Assembly (NCBI GenBank): GCA_050613775.1
Contig: JBODTK010000119.1
Coordinates: 372,001 to 436,000 of the forward strand
DNA length: 64,000 nucleotides
Direction: 5' to 3'
DNA from: Neocallimastix sp. 'constans'
Taxonomy: Eukaryota
The notes under the pieces were generated by a model, which searched no databases, had not been told where the DNA came from, and saw only the letters and a list, made by a program, of their open reading frames with translations. The position numbers were made by a program, and so were the translations under genes. Position 1 is the first letter of the stretch. Every line of letters begins with the position of its first letter. Of the stretch, positions 15,099 through 28,500 are shown in pieces.

Positions 15099-18000
15099 TT
15101 AAACTTTAATTGATGTCATTTTTTTATTTTTTATTGCATTATTTATATACTCATTTTTTATAGAATTTATTCTTTCATTTAGCTCGGTTATGATATATTT
15201 ATATTCTTTTGATTGTGTTTGATACATTTCCAATTCCTATATATTAAGTAAATAAATATCATATTAATATATATCTTCAATTAAATTAATTATACTAAAA
15301 TTTTAAAAAGTAAAACATAAATAAAAAAAATTTTACCGTTTCGATATGTTTTAAATTAGATTTTTTATCTTTTAATATTTGTTGATATTCTGAGATTTGT
15401 TCCATTGCTTCTGACCCAATTTTTTTAGACAAAATCATTTTCAATTGAAGATAATTCTTTTCAATTTCACGAATTTTTTCATCTTTTTTTCTTTCTGTTT
15501 TTGATTTCTCCATAAGTTTTTGTTGTAATGTTTGATGTAATTTTATCATTTCCAACGCTTGTGGATCAGTACCTTCTAATTGTCTCCAACGGTGAACATT
15601 TATTGGTTTTTTCAGTTCGTCTTCTAATGCCTTTTCATGTGTTTGTTCTTCAATAAGTTGAGTCTCTAATCTATAAATAGCGTTTTTCATTAGATCAATA
15701 TTAGAAATTTTTGCCTTTAATGAAATTCTTTGTTGTTTCATTGACCATATTTCCTCATATAAAACACGAATTTCTTTCATTCTTTCACTGTATTTAGTTT
15801 CTTCTCGTAATATAGAGGATTGGATTGTTTTCAAATTATTATAGGCTTTTTGAAGATCAGAATTCTGCTTAATCCACTGCGAACTCAAATTATCACGTTC
15901 TCTTACCAGCACATTTAATGTATTTTCTTGTCGAGATTTTTCTAATTCTGCTTCTTTCACAAATTTATTTAATTTAGCTTCCTCAGTCATTTGATTTCTA
16001 ATATAAGTTTGTGCAATATCATTCTGAAGTTTCAAATTTTTAATTTCTGAACTAATTTGTTCTGTATCTTTTCTCAATTTTTCATAATCTGCTTTTTCAG
16101 TTTTTAATAGATCTTCCTTACAAAGAATATTTTCCTTATATCCCGATATTTGATAATTCATAATTTTTACTCGTTGTCTCATTTCACCAATTTCAGATTG
16201 AACTTCAATTAATTTTTTACTATGAAGATTTCTATCAGTTTGTAAAGCATCATATAAATTCTGTTGTCTTTTTAATTTTCTTTCTACATTCATTACTTTC
16301 TTTTGGTATTCATATATTTTTAATTCTTTTTGTTTAATATCTTTTACTTCTTTAACACATTCTTCCTGAATTTTTACAATATCATTAGATATAGTCTGAA
16401 TTTCAGCTTTTTTACTTTTAATATCTGATGTAATTTGCGTGGCTTCTGAAATGTATCTTTGTTTTTGCATTTTTATATGATGTTGTATCTGCTCACAAAT
16501 TGAAATATATTGTGTATACTTTTGAGTACGACTGGCTATTTTATCAATATTATTATCTAAAATGAAATTTTCACGAGTTAAATTTTCAAGAATACGTTTA
16601 CTATGATCAATAAATTTTTGTTCCTTATTCCTATCATTTTCAATTTCAACTAATTTATCTTTCATTTCCCTTCTTTTATTTTCAGCCTCTTCTTTTTGCT
16701 CTTCTAAATTTTGAATTTTTTTTTTAAATTCATCATGTACTGATCTTATTTTTTTAATTTCATTTTTATTTCTAGTAATTTCATCTTCTCTATCTTTTAA
16801 TTCTTTTTGTAATTTTTCATTCTCCAAAACGACTTTATTAGTATCATTAGTTTGCTCTTCAAATTCTTGTTGTAATTTTTGAACTCGTAATATCAATTGC
16901 TCCTTTTCTTTATTTATTTTTTCATATTCAACATTTTGATTCTCAATACTTTCCTTTAAACTTTCATTTTCCTCATCAGTACGTTTTATAACTTCAGATT
17001 TATTATGAACTTCTTGTATTTTTGTTGATAGAGTACTTCTCAATTCTCTAAGATCTCTATCAATCTTCTCCCTTGTCTTTGTCTCTATTTCAATTTCTAA
17101 TTTTTTTTGAATATTTTTATCTTTTATAAAATATATTTCTTGTTCAATTTCTTGTTTTTGAAGATCACATTTTCTTATATTTTCAGATATACTAATAATT
17201 TCATTTCTAACATCTTGAATTTCTTGTATTTGTTCTTCTAAATCTTTAGAGGTCTGTTCTTTTGTTCTTAAAAGTTCATTTACAATTCTTTCTTGATTAA
17301 CATTTAAATTAACACCTCGACTCATTGTTGTACTTAAATTTAGTATTTCTTGTTTTAATTTTCTTAATTCCTCTTTTTGCGCTTCTTCTTGAAATTCATT
17401 ACTTTCTATTGTTTCTGTTGCCTTTTTAATTTGATTTTGTAATGTTTGTATGGTTTGTTGATTTTCAAATGAAATCTGCATTGCTTCATGTATTGTATTT
17501 TGATTTTCCATGTAGGAATCACAAAGATTCTTATATTTTTCAAATTGATTAAAATTCATTTTAAACGTTTTTTGAACAATTTTTGTTAATTTTTCAAATT
17601 CATTTATAAATCTATAAAATTCCTCATATTCACCTGGATGATTAATAAAATCCATACTTTCCTGCTCTATTACTTTAAAAGAACGCTCATAATTTTCTCT
17701 TTCACGAGTAAAATCCTCTAAATCTCTTATTATTTTACTTTCTGCTTCTTGGATGGCATCTCTTTTTATTTTTTCTAATATATAAAATGATATTTTCAAT
17801 TTGTATATACATACATATATATATAATTAAAATTAATATACATCTAAATATTTAAATTACAAAAATTAAAAATTAAAAATATAAAAAAACCATAATGTAA
17901 ATCATTATTTGATTTTACTTTTTTCTTCTGTGGTATGTTGGGTATCTATATTATTTTCTTTTGTTAAATTTGCCTTAGAAATAGTATCATTTTTTGTCTT

Positions 18001-18198
18001 TTCATCTTCAAAACGAATTTTTTTAATGATATTTTTTTTCTCCTTGACTACTGAGGAAGGCTCATTTATGGCCTCTTCTTTTTTTTCTGTGATTTCATTA
18101 TTACTTTCAGTTGTTTTAATTTTATTATTTAATTCAGTGGATACAGTTTTAGAATCTTGTACCGATGATTCATCATTATTTTTATTTTCTGTATTCAT
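15099..18198 (-). CDS. CFAP58: Cilia- and flagella-associated protein 58 (coiled coil); exons 18198-17919, 17774-15337, 15236-15099
   Basis: Motifs QQNLYDALQTDRNLHSKKLIEVQSEIGEMRQRVKIMNYQI and ALEDELKKPINVHRWRQLEGTDP. Splice phases are consistent. Final exon ELEMYQTQSKEYKY...SIKV*. Confidence 0.88.
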
Positions 18199-19225
18199 TG
18201 TTCTTCTATATCTAAAAATTTCACTAAAATATTTTTATAGTATTGATAACTTTATTTCAATGAACTCGTAATATAAATTTTTATTTGAAAAAAATGAATT
18301 TATGATTCAATTTTATTATTGAAATTAAAACAAAATCTGATATTAGTTAAAAAGTATTTCTATTAATTAACATATATAAAATTTTGATGTAAAATTAAAA
18401 TTAATATATATATATATATATGTTTATTAATTTAAATATTTTTATAACTAGTTAACTAATAATTTTTTCTTCTTTCTTTGGTATAATTTATTAAATCTAA
18501 TAAATGATGATAATAAAGAAGTAAAAGATAAAAAGTAATATTAATAGTTAATATGTCATGAAAAAATATAAAAAATATATATATATATAAAAATAAAAAA
18601 TAAAAATAAATTAAATGAAATTTTCAATATAAAGATAATAGAATAAAAAAATAAAAAAAAAAAATAAAATAAAATAAAATAAAATAAAATAAATAAATAA
18701 TTAAAAAGTAAAAAACTTTAAAAAATATCTATTTTCCAAAATAAATAAAAGATCATATATTTTGTTTTTGTTTTTGTTTTTGTTTTTTGTATTTTTATTT
18801 TTGTTTCTTATTCTTATAAATTTTATTAACATTTCAATTCATTATAAATAATTTAAAGTTTTTAAAATATTTTACATCACCTAACAAAATAAAAAAATTA
18901 ATTTATAAAAATATTTTTTTTATATTGAGACCTAATTAAATGAATATAATTTATAAATTAATTATAATTACCATTATATTATACTATTCTGAAATATAAT
19001 TGGTCAATAATTTGCATATTAAAATTTTTTTTTTAAAAAAATTTTTATTTTAAAAAAAAAGGCATATTGACAAAGACAAAGAATAATTGATTATTCATTA
19101 TTTTTAAATACCCATTCATTTTTGCAAAATAATATATATTACTTAAATTTTAATCATTGTACACATATATAATTAAAATAAAATAATTTATTTATATTTT
19201 TAAAACAATTAAAAAAAAAAAAAAA

Positions 19226-19261
19226 ATGAATACTGATAATATTATTATAGATGCTCTTCCA

Positions 19262-19303
<42 letters not shown>

Positions 19304-19964
19304 ATTAATTATAGAATTTAATTAAAAATTATTATAATTTTAAATAGACTAATAAACCTTTTTTTTATAATTTTTGTACAAATAAAATTTATTTGTATTT
19401 CTTATTTCTTCTTTTCTATTTTTCTATAAATTTTAATGATATAAATAAAAGATATTGATAAGGAATACGATGATCCAGGTACATACAATTTTAAAATATC
19501 ATGGAAAGAAATAAAATAAAATGAAGTTATTCATAAAATACATTTTTGATTTAATGTATAATTTAATTTAGTTTTTCTTTATTCTCTACATAATTTTTAA
19601 TGTTTTTATCTTAAAAAATTAAATAATCAATTTAAATAAAATAAAATGATATTAATAATAAATAATAAATATAATTATATTAGAAATGAAAAAATATGTA
19701 GATAATTTAATTGAGGAAGAACTAAAAGTCACAGTAAAAAAAGATACTTCTAACCTACCTGAAACGATTGAATTATTTGAAGTAAGATTAATTAAATTAT
19801 TTCACCTGATTTATACATTAGTTTGAATTTATTTAATTATTAAATCAAAAGTAAACAATATTTTAGAAATGAAATTTCAAACTCAATACAATTAACAAGA
19901 ATTATTTATCATATATAATTTATTTTCTAAATTATATACCGATATATTTAACAAAAATATTTAA

Positions 19965-20006
<42 letters not shown>

Positions 20007-20876
20007 TTTTTTCTATAAAATAATATATAAATAACTGTTCTTAAAAAATGTTATTAAATTTAAATAAAAGAATGATGAAATTTTAAGAAATGAAATGGAA
20101 AGAATAAAAAATGGTGAACCATTTCCACTTCTTGATACAATTCGTTATCGTTTGTCAGATCCACAAGATCATTCCAATTTAGATGAATGGAAAAAAGCAG
20201 TTGAAAATTCAGAAGCCCAACTTGAACATCAATATAATAGGTTAATATAAAATAATAATTATACTATATATATATACATATATATATTAGTATATAAGAA
20301 CTTAAATTAATATAATTGATTATCCAAAACTAATAATAATAATATAAAAAAAAAAAAAAAAGGCTTATTAATTTAGAACTTTTAAATAAATTTGGTGCCA
20401 ACACTTGGAGATATAATAATTTCCAATTAGAACAAATACTAAACGAACTTAAGGAAAAAGTTAATGATAAAAAAAATAAAATAATAGATATAAATAAAGA
20501 AAGAAAATATCTTCAGGTAATATTATAATATTATATTATCGAATAGAATTATTTATAAATATATACATGTGTATTTCTTATTGATACATATTAACTTTTA
20601 TTACTAATTTTATTATTATTATTATTATTATTATTAATTTTAACATAATGTAAATACTGTTATTTTGTTAAAATTATAATTAATAAATTATACTAATATT
20701 TATTATATTTATTACACATTATAATATTTTTGTATTCGTAGACAAAATCAGAAGCTAAATTACAGCAATTAGAACAACAATGGAGAAATAATGTATCAAA
20801 AGTATTAGAAATTGAAGCAGCATGTAAAAACCTAGAAAGTGAAATTCAAGCAAAAAAAGAATCTAAACAAGAATAA
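19226..20876 (+). CDS. SPF27: Pre-mRNA splicing factor SPF27/BCAS2 (Cwf7), 6 short exons
   Basis: Spliced translation MNTDNIIIDALPY-IDKEYDDP-EMKKYVDNLIEEEL..-NDEILRNEMERIKNGEPFPLLDTIRY..EWKKAVENSEAQLEHQYNR-LINLELLNKFGANTWR..INKERKYLQ-TKSEAKLQQLEQQWRNNVSKVLEIEAAC. All introns GT-AG. Absent from the ORF track. Confidence 0.92.
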
Positions 20877-21199
20877 AATATTTAATATTTAAAATCGATT
20901 ATTACATAACATTTATTTATTAATTATTGATTTAATATCGATTAATATATTTGATGAACTTTTATCTTTTTTAAAAATTTTGTTTTTGTTTTTGTTTTTG
21001 TTTTTGTTTTCAATTTATTATACTACAATATTTATATATGCTAAACAACAATAATGATAATAATAATACATCTAAATATAAAAATAAAAAAATTCATTAA
21101 AATTTAAATATTATAAATGGACATTCAATAAATTAATATATTAATATATATATTAAGTGATTACTCTAATGTTTTTGTTTGGAAATAAATAATTGACCA

Positions 21200-22395
21200 A
21201 TTAAAAATTACTTTTATTAAGTATTTTTTATTAATTAATTACAAAAATAGCCATATTTTAAATTACATGAGCAGTACATAATTTTGGTAAAGGATTAAAT
21301 ATGTACCATACACTATAAGTCAGGCCAAGTTGTGCACTTCAAAGACTATAAAAAATATTTTACAATTATACATAGAAATAATTTAAAATAACATAAAATA
21401 AATAAATAATAAACAAATAACGAAAATTAAACTTTATATTCTAACGTTCCTCCTAAAGTTTTTTTTTTTGTATATCCTTAAGTTTAGTTTATTAAAATCT
21501 TTAGAGAATATTATTTCTAAAGTTTGTCATAGTTGATCCACTTAAATATTTGGTAAAACCGTCAGCAAGTTTTGAACGTGATTTCTTAAATCAATAATTT
21601 TACCTTTTACTAATTTTTTTTTTTTTTTTTATTTTATGATATCTAAGGTCAACGTGCTTAGATTTTGGATTTGTCGTTTCATTTTTGCAATTATAAAGAG
21701 CAGCTTGGTTATCAACATTGTTTTTATTTTTAATTCATTGAATATATTTTTATATCTTAAAACTTCCTTAGCACATTCAATAATTGTATAATATTCACTC
21801 TCAAACGTAGATAAAGCCATGCATTTTTGTAATTTAGAAAACCAATAGGATCAGTACCTTTTTTAATTAAAATATCTGTGGTAGATTTTCTTATTTCATT
21901 GTCACCACCATAGTCAGCACCAACATAAATTTCTAAATTATTTTCTTTAGTAAATTTAATTCCATAATTAGGATTTCCTTAAAAGTATTTTATTATACAT
22001 TTAAACTTTTCCCAATATTCATGATTTGGATTTGAAGCTTTTCCAGATGCATTCATGCCGGCAAATAATACATCAGAACCTGTCCATATAGGTAAGAATA
22101 ATAAATTTCCAATTGCTTGTCGATATTTTGTTGAGTTGAATGGTTTCCTTCTTAAATTTTCATTAAAAATTGGTTGAGGAGCGGAAACTTGTTTACAATC
22201 CTTCATAATAAACCTATCTATAATATCATCAAAATATATTCTTTGATGTAATAGTTAACCATCTTTGTGTTTTTAAAATTTTATACCAATATTATAATAT
22301 ATATAACCTACATCAGTTAATTTAAAATTTTTTCTTAATAATTCATTAGTTTTTAAAATCTCTTCCTCTTTACCTGTTAATAATAAATCATTAAC
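21200..22395 (-). pseudogene. Degenerate Ty1/Copia remnant (3' RT and RNase H, PPT, probable 3' LTR from ~21446 leftwards)
   Basis: Broken frames with KYRQAIGNLLFL, YVGADYGGD..IRKST, ALSTFESEY, KHVDL, LADGFTKYL. Purine tract (aggaggaa on the minus strand) next to the putative LTR. Left boundary approximate. Confidence 0.8.
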
Positions 22396-22740
22396 GTTGT
22401 CAAGTTATTAGGTTTGGTTTTTAGTTAATTATTATTCCTTATGAATTGTTAGAAAATTAGTATCTTTAGTTTTCAAATTTAATTAACATTTTAATTAATA
22501 TATAAGTAGGATAGATTATAATAATATATAGTTTATTAAATATAGTTTCAAAAATAGTTTATTTTTGAAAGTCTTCTTTATATAATTAATATGAAAAAAT
22601 GTATTTAATATATTAAAATATGTATGATCCAACAAATGTATTTTGTATGTATAAATATCATTGAATATATGTATTCTTAAAAAAATAAGCCTTTTAATTC
22701 AAATATATAAAGTTTTTCTTTTGAAATAATTATTTATTAA
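22396..22740 (-). mobile_element. Diverged LTR-like fragment related to the 5' end of Copia E
   Basis: The reverse complement shares aaaaggcttattttttaagaatacata, ggatcatacatattttaata and attaattaaaatgttaatt with 52510-52800. Confidence 0.7.
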
Positions 22741-22915
22741 TATTTAATTGTAAAAAATTATTATTACTTCTTTTAATAATGTATATTTAAACTCTTATTT
22801 ATATAAAAACATTAATAATTTTAAACAATTATTTTAGTTTACTTTTTAATGTTTAAAAAATAAAATATTTATTTAATTATTTCTATTATTTCTATTTATT
22901 TTGTTCTATTTATTT

Positions 22916-22962
<47 letters not shown>

Positions 22963-23189
22963 TTTATAAAGGTTTATAAAAAAAAACTAAATAAATAATT
23001 TGGAAAATATATATTTAGCTATTTATTATTTATATATTTTTATTTAATAACTTATTCTAATTAATATGTGTTTTTTAAAGTAGAAAATATGTATATTTTA
23101 TTTTTATAATCATATTTATTTTTTTTTTTTTTAAATTACTTAAATATGTTTATTACATTTTTTTATTTATTTAATTATTTAATTATTAA

Positions 23190-23423
23190 TGTTAACTTTA
23201 TTAATATAAAGTTATATTCTAGCTTAGGTTTAATAAAATATTAAATTAAATTATATTAAATACATTGTAATTATAAATTAAATATAAATTAATATGTATC
23301 TAGAACAAGCCACAATTAAATATAAATACATGTAATTTTCTCTGTACTTTAAATCTTTGTTAACCATTTATTTATATTCTATAAATAATAAATTTATATT
23401 AATTAATAAAACAAATTTTAATA
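23190..23423 (+). repeat. Copia A 5' LTR
   Basis: TGTTAAC...TTTTAATA; direct repeat of 41412-41645. Confidence 0.95.
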
Positions 23424-23437
23424 GATTAAGAGTCTCA
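23424..23437 (+). promoter_or_regulatory. Copia A primer-binding site complementary to the tRNA-Lys(CUU) anticodon arm
   Basis: GATTAAGAGTCTCA abuts the LTR; its reverse complement is TGAGACTCTTAATC. Confidence 0.8.
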
Positions 23438-23448
23438 AGCAACCGAAA

Positions 23449-24997
23449 ATGTCTGACAGCGCTGAATGTTTCGTTTACAAGGGTTCCAACTTCAAAATGT
23501 GGAAAAAGTTACTCATTAACATTTTGAAAGCCAAAGATCTCTCTGATTACGCCACAACCAATATTTTCAATGAAGCCGATAGATCCATGAAAACTTTGGG
23601 GAAATTGACAAAAACAACTCAAAGGTTGTTGCTATTATCATCAAGTCTGTGGATGAATCAATTTATCAAGATATTGAGGATTTAGAATCTGCTTTTGACA
23701 TGATCAGGAAACTGGAAGATATTAACCAAGAAGCAGATGAACTAATTGTAGAAAAATTAATAAAGAAACTGAAAATTATGAAGCCTCGAAACTATATGGA
23801 AGTTTTAAAATGTTTATCTGACATGTTAAACACTTTTAACAAACTTAAAACCGCCAATTACGATATGAGTGAAAATGACAAGATCCAATATATGTTCAAG
23901 GCGCTACCAAAGGAATTACAAATTGCTTTCCTGCCTGAACCTGGTAAAACAGCAGAAGAGTATTATGATCTCATCAAATCAAGAAATATATTTATTAGAT
24001 GCATGAATGAACAAAAAATAATCAAGCCACAAATTAACCATAATAATCGTAACAATTATAATAACTACGATGATCCCATGGATTTAGATCTAGTATTTAA
24101 CAGAAATAATAGGTATAAAAGCCACAGACAAAATAATTCTCAACGAAGAATTCCAAATAAATACTGCCATATTTGTAACCAACGTGGTCATTTAACAAGT
24201 GAATGCCATTACAACGGGAGAACAAACGGAACCATGAATCAAACTAAATTTAATAATAATAATAATAATGACTATAATAACAGATTTAATAACAATAATT
24301 ATAATAATAATAAATTTAATAACAATTATGATAAAAATAATAATAAAAGTTATAAAAATAATAATAAAAATTATAGTAAAAATTATAAAAATCGTAATAA
24401 TTATATTAATAACATTGAAAATAACAATTTACCTGTTGATTATGATGATGACATAAATTATGAAAATTTAAGTCACATGATTAACAATAGTCTTGATAGT
24501 GTTGAATTTTTAAATAATTTAAATAAATCTACTCATAACCTTAATAATTATAAAAATGATAAAAATAAATTAAATAAAAATTTTAATAATAATCTTAATA
24601 ATTATGAAAGTAAAAATAATTTACATAAAGAACTTAATAATGATATAAATTACACTAATAATGCTAATTATATTAATAATTATGATAACAATAACAATTG
24701 CCCTACTAATGACAACAACGAATCAACTTGGATCTATGATTCTGGTGCAATTGTTCATATTACTAATGACCGAAGTTTATTAACTAACTTTAAAAAATAC
24801 AAAATTAATTTAACATGTGCCAACAATTCTGAAATGGAATTCGAGGGATTTGGTACATACAAAGGCTCAATTAACGGTTATAACATTACTTTAAGTAAAG
24901 TATTTTATTCTAGGCACGCAAACAAAAATTTAATTAGTGGTATACAATTTGCCTACACTGAATTAATATCAATTACTAAGCTTATTAACAATGAGCC
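23449..24997 (+). CDS. Copia A gag-protease (frameshift near 23600; cut by Gypsy B at 24997)
   Basis: GSNFKMWK gag N-terminus, CHICNQRGHLTSEC zinc knuckle, WIYDSGAIVHIT protease. Confidence 0.9.
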
Positions 24998-25551
24998 TGT
25001 AAAATGTTCCTTATGGAGCAGATTACAATTACGAAAAAAAAAAAAAACAAAAACTAATCTAAAATTAAATAAAGTTATAAAAAACTAAAACTAATTCAAT
25101 AAGCTTTTTATTCAATTTGTTTTGACTCAAATTGAATAAGTTCTTATTTATTATTTATTTATTATTCATTTATTATTAATACTATTAATTATATATTACT
25201 ATTTAATTTTTATGATTATTAAACTAAACTAAAATTAAACTAAACTAAAATTAAACTAAACTAAAATTAAACTAAACTAAAATTAAACTAAACTAAAATT
25301 ATTAATATATTTTATTACTAAATTTTAGGTTATTTAAAAATTAATTTTATATTTTTAAATTTATATATTATATGAAATATAAATTTATTATTAATTTTCA
25401 TAAATCAATTAATTTCATAAATTAATATATTTTACATAATTTAATGCATTAGCATTATTTTGTAAACGTGAATTACATTAAATAATTTAATGTACAAAAT
25501 AAATTAATTAATGTACTAAAGATATTGATCATATCTTTACAATCTCGCCCT

Positions 25552-28500
25552 TTAAGTCGAGCTCCTGCGAGAATCATTTCTTGAGGGAAGTTCTATAACA
25601 AAGGGTTGATATTTATGTCTTACAATGAAATCATTGGCATGATCATCATTCTTAATAGATTCTTGATCCTTTGTTCTTGTTTTATTTTTCTTATTTTTTC
25701 TAAAGTATTCCTGAATTAATTGTTTATCTAAAATTTGATCTTCATCTATCCAAGAGTCTTCATTTGATCCTTTCCAAGAGATAAGAAAACGATTCTTTCC
25801 TTTATAAGTTCTCATATTAATTATTTTATCTGGAATCTTATCGGAATTATTTGTAGTTAAATTTATACTCTTTCGTTTATTAACATTTCTATCTTCAAAT
25901 TCATTCTCATAATAAGGTTCAAGTAAAGAAACATGAAAAATTGGATGACAATGCATATTATTAGGTAGTTTAAGTTTGTACGCTAAGGGACTAACTTTTT
26001 CAATTATTTCAAAAGGACCTATCAATTGATCGGCTAGTTTTCTTTTAACATTCTTAGTAGTAGATCCTTTAAGTAACCAAACTTTTTTACCGACTTCGAA
26101 ATTAGGGGAAGGAAGTCTTTTCAAATCGGCGTATTTTTTATAAGTTTTCTTAGCTTCTTCTAAGTTTCTTTTTAAAAATTCAATATTTTTATTAATATCT
26201 AATATTCTTTTTTCAGCTCTACTTGGTCTTTCTGAGGATGGAATCTCAGGACTAAATTTAGGATTAAAACCATAGTTTGCGAAGAATGGTGATTGATTTA
26301 TAGATTGATGTAAAGTATTATTGTAAGCGAATTCAGCGAAAGGTAGTAAATCGACCCAATTATTTTGCCTTTCATTTATGAAACAACGAAGATATTGTTC
26401 CAATATTCCGTTCACCCTCTCCGTTTGACCATCAGTCTCCGGATGGTTGGAGGTAGAAAGAGAATGAGTAATATCAAGAAGTTTACATAAGCGATTCCAA
26501 AATTCAGATGTAAATTGCGATCCTCTATCAGAAATAATAGAATCAGGGAAACCATGTAATTTAAAAATATTCGAGATAAAAGCATCAGCAGCAATTGAAG
26601 CAGTAGGAAGACAACGAAAAGGAATAAAATGAGCCATTTTAGTCAAACGATCAACAACAACCATAATTGTAGTCATATCTTTAGACTTAGGTAATTCAAC
26701 GATAAAATCCATAGAAATATCAGACCAAGCTCTATTAGGAGTGGACAAGGGTGAAAGAAGTCCATATGGCTTGTGTCTAGGAATTTTTGATTTACAGCAA
26801 ACTTCACAAGACTTAATAAACTTTTTAACATCAAGAGAAAAATTAGGCCACCAAAAATTGCGGCTAAGTAATTCTTGAGTCTTAGAAACACCAAAATGAC
26901 CAGCAGTAGGAGAGTCATGATGGAGTTCAAGAACTCTCGTTCGAATCGATTTAGGAACATAAATCAGATTATTAAAGAGTAAAAATCCTTCTTTATCAAT
27001 CATAAATTTATTAATATTTTGAATTTTAGGGTTAGCAGCATTATTAATAGATAAGGATGATTTAACAGAATTATAGAATTCATCATTCTCAAGAGCATTC
27101 AAAATAGAATTAGCAAGGGTATCATTATTAATAGTAAAACAGTTAATAACACGACAAGAAGAATTAAATTCAAAATTAAATAAATGATCACTTCTCCTAG
27201 ATAGTAAATCAGGTTTACCCGATTTTTTCCCAGATCTATAGACAATATTAAAATCAAAACGAGATAAAAATTCATACCATCTAATTTGACGTTGCGAAAG
27301 CATTTCCGGTTTTCTAGGAAATGTTAAATTTTTATGATCAGTGTAAATAGTAAAGGGATGACGAGCACCCTCTAAAAAGTGACGCCATTGCTCCAAAGCA
27401 ACTTTAATAGCGAGAAGTATCTTATCATAAATGGGGTAGTTTCTTTGAGACTTAGTCAAACTCGAAGAAATAAAGGCAACTGGATGGAGAATGCCATCAA
27501 CTTCTTGAGAAAGTACAGCTCCAACTGCAAAGTTACTAGCATCAGTTTCAACGATAAACGGTTTATTACTATCAGGATTAATTAAAATTGGAGCAGATGT
27601 GAAAAGTTCTTTCAATTTAACAAAAGCATACTGTTGCTCAGGTCCCCAAATAAAAGGTACATTTTTACGAGTGAGTTTATGTATTGGTAAAGCTATTTTG
27701 GCAAAGTCTTTAATGAAAACTCTATAATAATTACAAAGTCCAATAAATGACTGAACTTCTTTGACATTAGTAGGTACAGGCCAATCTAAAATAGCTTTAA
27801 TTTTTTCAGGATCAGGTTTAAGACCATCTTTAGATATGATGTAGCCCAGGAAGGAGGTTTCCGTTACATCGAATTCACATTTTTCTAGTTTAACATATAA
27901 ATTATTATCTAAAAGTTTTTTCAACACTTTTCTAACATGTTCATGATGTTCTTCTAAGTTATTTGAATAAATAAGAATATCGTCGATATATGAGATAACA
28001 AAATCATCTAAGTAGTCACTAAGAACATCATTTATAAAATGTTGAAATGTAGCAGGTGCATTCTTTAACCCAAAAGGCATAACAAGATATTCATAATGTC
28101 CATAACGAGTTCTAAAAGCAGTCTTATACTCATCACCTTCTTTTATTCTTACTAAGTTATATGCAGATTTAAGATCTAACTTAGTAAAATATTTAGCACC
28201 TTTAACTCTGTCAATTAATTCACTTATTAATGGTAAAGGATATGAATTTCTAATAGTCATTTCATTTAATTTTCTGTAATCAATACATAATCTCAAAGTG
28301 CCATCTTTCTTTTTAACAAATAAGACAGGGGCACCAGCTGGTGATTTGGATTTTCTAATAAATCCTTTTGCTAAGTTTTCTTTAATATACTTTTTCAATT
28401 CATCCCTTTCTGCTTCTGTTAAAGGATAAATAGGACCATAGAATAGAATTGAATTATCCTTTAAATTTATTTCACAATCATATTCTCTATGGGGAGGTAA

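Noticed and set aside
4758..18271. Short antisense ORFs over SPAG6, the Sec7 gene and CFAP58 (e.g. 4758-5033, 9453-9650, 12997-13215, 17909-18271)
   Set aside because: Shadow frames of real genes on the opposite strand.
23424..23437. tRNA gene
   Set aside because: Only the anticodon-arm complement is present, with no cloverleaf. Interpreted as a PBS.
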